In this document: positions 57,823 through 59,360 of the stretch, piece by piece
Numbering within the stretch: the first letter of the stretch is position 1
Layout: every line of letters begins with the position of its first letter
Assembly (NCBI GenBank): GCA_964461335.1
Contig: CAYWTY010000003.1
Coordinates: 1 to 59,360 of the forward strand
Source of the DNA: an uncultured Oscillospiraceae bacterium
Lineage (GTDB): Bacteria; Bacillota; Clostridia; Christensenellales; CAG-138
Direction of reading: 5' to 3'
DNA: 59,360 nt
Notes under the pieces: generated by a model
What the model was told of the DNA's origin: nothing
What the model saw: the letters and a program-made list of their open reading frames with translations, nothing else
The model's database searches: none
Program-made: the position numbers and the translations under genes

Positions 57823-58764
57823 ATGATTGAGATTGAAAGGCCCATAATCGAGTGTATTGAGAAAACAGACACTTACGGCAAATATAAGGTGGAACCGCTC
57901 GAACGCGGGTTCGGCACAACGCTTGGCAATTCTTTGCGCCGCGTGCTGCTTTCCTCTTTGCCCGGAGTCGCAGTTACCTCAGTCAAGATTGATGGTGTGC
58001 TTCATGAATTCTCTACAATCGAAGGCATAAAAGAAGATGTGCCTGAGATTATACTCAACCTTAAGGAGATTTGCGCCCGCCTTTTTTCCAGCGAACCAAA
58101 GCGCCTGCTGCTTGATGCAGTTGGGCCTTGCGAGGTTAAAGCGCAGGATATTAAGCCGGATGCAGAGGTTGAAATCATAAACCCCACGCTCCATATAGCT
58201 ACGCTTTCTGAAAATGCAAAACTCCACATGGAAATCACGCTTGGCCATGGCAGGGGCTATGTACTGGCTGATAAGAACAAGCACCCGGGGATGAGTATAG
58301 GTGAAATACCTGTTGACAGTATTTATACGCCTGTTGAAAAGGTAAACTATACAGTTGAGGATACTTTAGTAGGCTCTTCGACTGACTTTGATAAGCTTAT
58401 TCTCGAAGTGTGGACTTCTGGAAACCTTGGGCCTGATGAAGCAGTAAGCTATGCAGCAAAGATTCTCTCAGAGCACCTTACGCTCTTTACAAACCTTACA
58501 GAGCATGTGCACGGGGTTGAGATAATGGTTGAAAAGGAAGAAGATAAAAAAGAAAAAATCCTTGAAATGACCATTGAAGAGCTCGACCTCTCTGTGCGCT
58601 CCTATAACTGCCTTAAGCGTGCAGGCATAAACACAGTTGACGAGCTTGTTCAGCGTAATGCAGAGGAAATGATGAAGGTTAGGAACCTCGGCAGAAAATC
58701 ACTCGAGGAAGTGCAGCTGAAGCTTGCGGCTTTGGGGCTTTCTCTGCGCAACAGCGAAGAATAA
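57823..58764 (+). CDS. rpoA: DNA-directed RNA polymerase subunit alpha
   Basis: 313 aa. [20 protein letters not shown] and C-terminal domain [17 protein letters not shown]. Confidence 0.97.
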   Translation: MIEIERPIIECIEKTDTYGKYKVEPLERGFGTTLGNSLRRVLLSSLPGVAVTSVKIDGVLHEFSTIEGIKEDVPEIILNLKEICARLFSSEPKRLLLDAVGPCEVKAQDIKPDAEVEIINPTLHIATLSENAKLHMEITLGHGRGYVLADKNKHPGMSIGEIPVDSIYTPVEKVNYTVEDTLVGSSTDFDKLILEVWTSGNLGPDEAVSYAAKILSEHLTLFTNLTEHVHGVEIMVEKEEDKKEKILEMTIEELDLSVRSYNCLKRAGINTVDELVQRNAEEMMKVRNLGRKSLEEVQLKLAALGLSLRNSEE

Positions 58765-58791
58765 CATACTTACCTTAGGGAGGAAACCATT

Positions 58792-59298
58792 ATGGCAAAC
58801 CGCAAGCTGGGAAAACCCACGGATCAGCGCGTTGCAACACTGCGCGGCCTTACAACTGCACTCATATGGAACGGGAAGCTCATTACCACCATGGAGCGCG
58901 CAAAGGAAGTGCGGCCAATTGCAGAAAGACTGATTACGCTTGCTGTAAATGAATATCAAAACAGCGTTGTAGTTAAAAAACAAACACGAAATGAAAAGCT
59001 TCAAATTGTTGAACGCGAGGTGCATAACGATTTGCCCAGCAAGCTCCACGCAAGGCGGCAGCTGATGGCATATCTGTATGATATACCCGAGTTTAAGTCC
59101 AAAAAGGAGAGTAAGTCCGAATATAAGGAGCGTACAGCAGACAAGGCGCACCCTGTTGTTGAAAGACTCTTCCGCGAGCTTGCTCCAAAGTATGATAAGC
59201 GCGCAAAAGAAGTTGGCCGCGGCGGTTATACCCGTATGCTCAAGCTTGGCCCGCGCAGAGGTGACGCAGCAGAGATGGTGCTCCTCGAGCTTATTTAA
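58792..59298 (+). CDS. rplQ: 50S ribosomal protein L17 (long form with internal insertion)
   Basis: 168 aa. MANRKLGKPTDQR...ITTMERAKEVRPIAE...GGYTRMLKLGPRRGDAAEM, with a roughly 45-aa Lys/Glu-rich insert. Confidence 0.95.
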   Translation: MANRKLGKPTDQRVATLRGLTTALIWNGKLITTMERAKEVRPIAERLITLAVNEYQNSVVVKKQTRNEKLQIVEREVHNDLPSKLHARRQLMAYLYDIPEFKSKKESKSEYKERTADKAHPVVERLFRELAPKYDKRAKEVGRGGYTRMLKLGPRRGDAAEMVLLELI

Positions 59299-59308
59299 AG
59301 CTTATATT

Positions 59309-59360
59309 GGCTCTATGTCAATAGTTGGGGTAGAGCGGTAGACCAAGAGCAACGGGGAGC
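59309..59360. repeat. Right arm of the perfect 52-nt inverted repeat (partner 3-54)
   Basis: Exact reverse complement of nt 3-54. Begins 10 nt after the rplQ stop and runs to the last base of the window. Confidence 0.9.

Overview
This 59.4-kb window is mostly core chromosome from a spore-forming Firmicute, probably Clostridia-like (sigH, CwlD-type amidase, CotH, AddAB, Mini-RNase III). GC looks roughly balanced by eye. Minus-strand block at 75-12068: gltX, glnS, addA, addB, then a degenerate GGDEF-EAL membrane protein whose N-terminal membrane segment is a separate ORF. Middle part: an ECF S-component-like gene; a TetR/MMPL/YhgE-Pip module; a peroxiredoxin; a small AT-rich islet of membrane and lipoprotein genes, one with an extreme Asp/Tyr/Trp-rich tail; tRNA-Arg(ACG) with a duplicated 3' end; dapF; a lipid kinase; a 718-aa Pro/Gln-rich protein; DnaD/DnaB-like and DnaI-like loader genes; ispE; the amidase; a panE-like gene; mrnC; a cupin; rlmB with a repeat-built N-terminal extension; sigH; radC; a phosphoglucomutase; udk; an AI-2E permease; and a CotH-VTC-DUF4956 trio. 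Positions 43596-59298 hold a complete S10-spc-alpha ribosomal protein cluster (rpsJ to rplQ, with secY, adk, map, infA, rpoA). I added rpmD and rpmJ by hand because both fall below the ORF-track length cutoff. I saw no rRNA, CRISPR array, transposase, integrase or recognisable defence system. The items most worth a second look are: (1) the CotH/VTC/DUF4956 operon as a possible split polyphosphate-type module coupled to a surface kinase; (2) the D/Y/W-rich lipoprotein; (3) the tRNA-Arg 3'-end duplication with an inverted copy; (4) the perfect 52-nt inverted repeat formed by the two window ends; (5) the Pro/Gln-rich protein; (6) an AT-rich intergenic region with DnaA-box-like 9-mers. All domain calls come from reading the translations, not from database searches.
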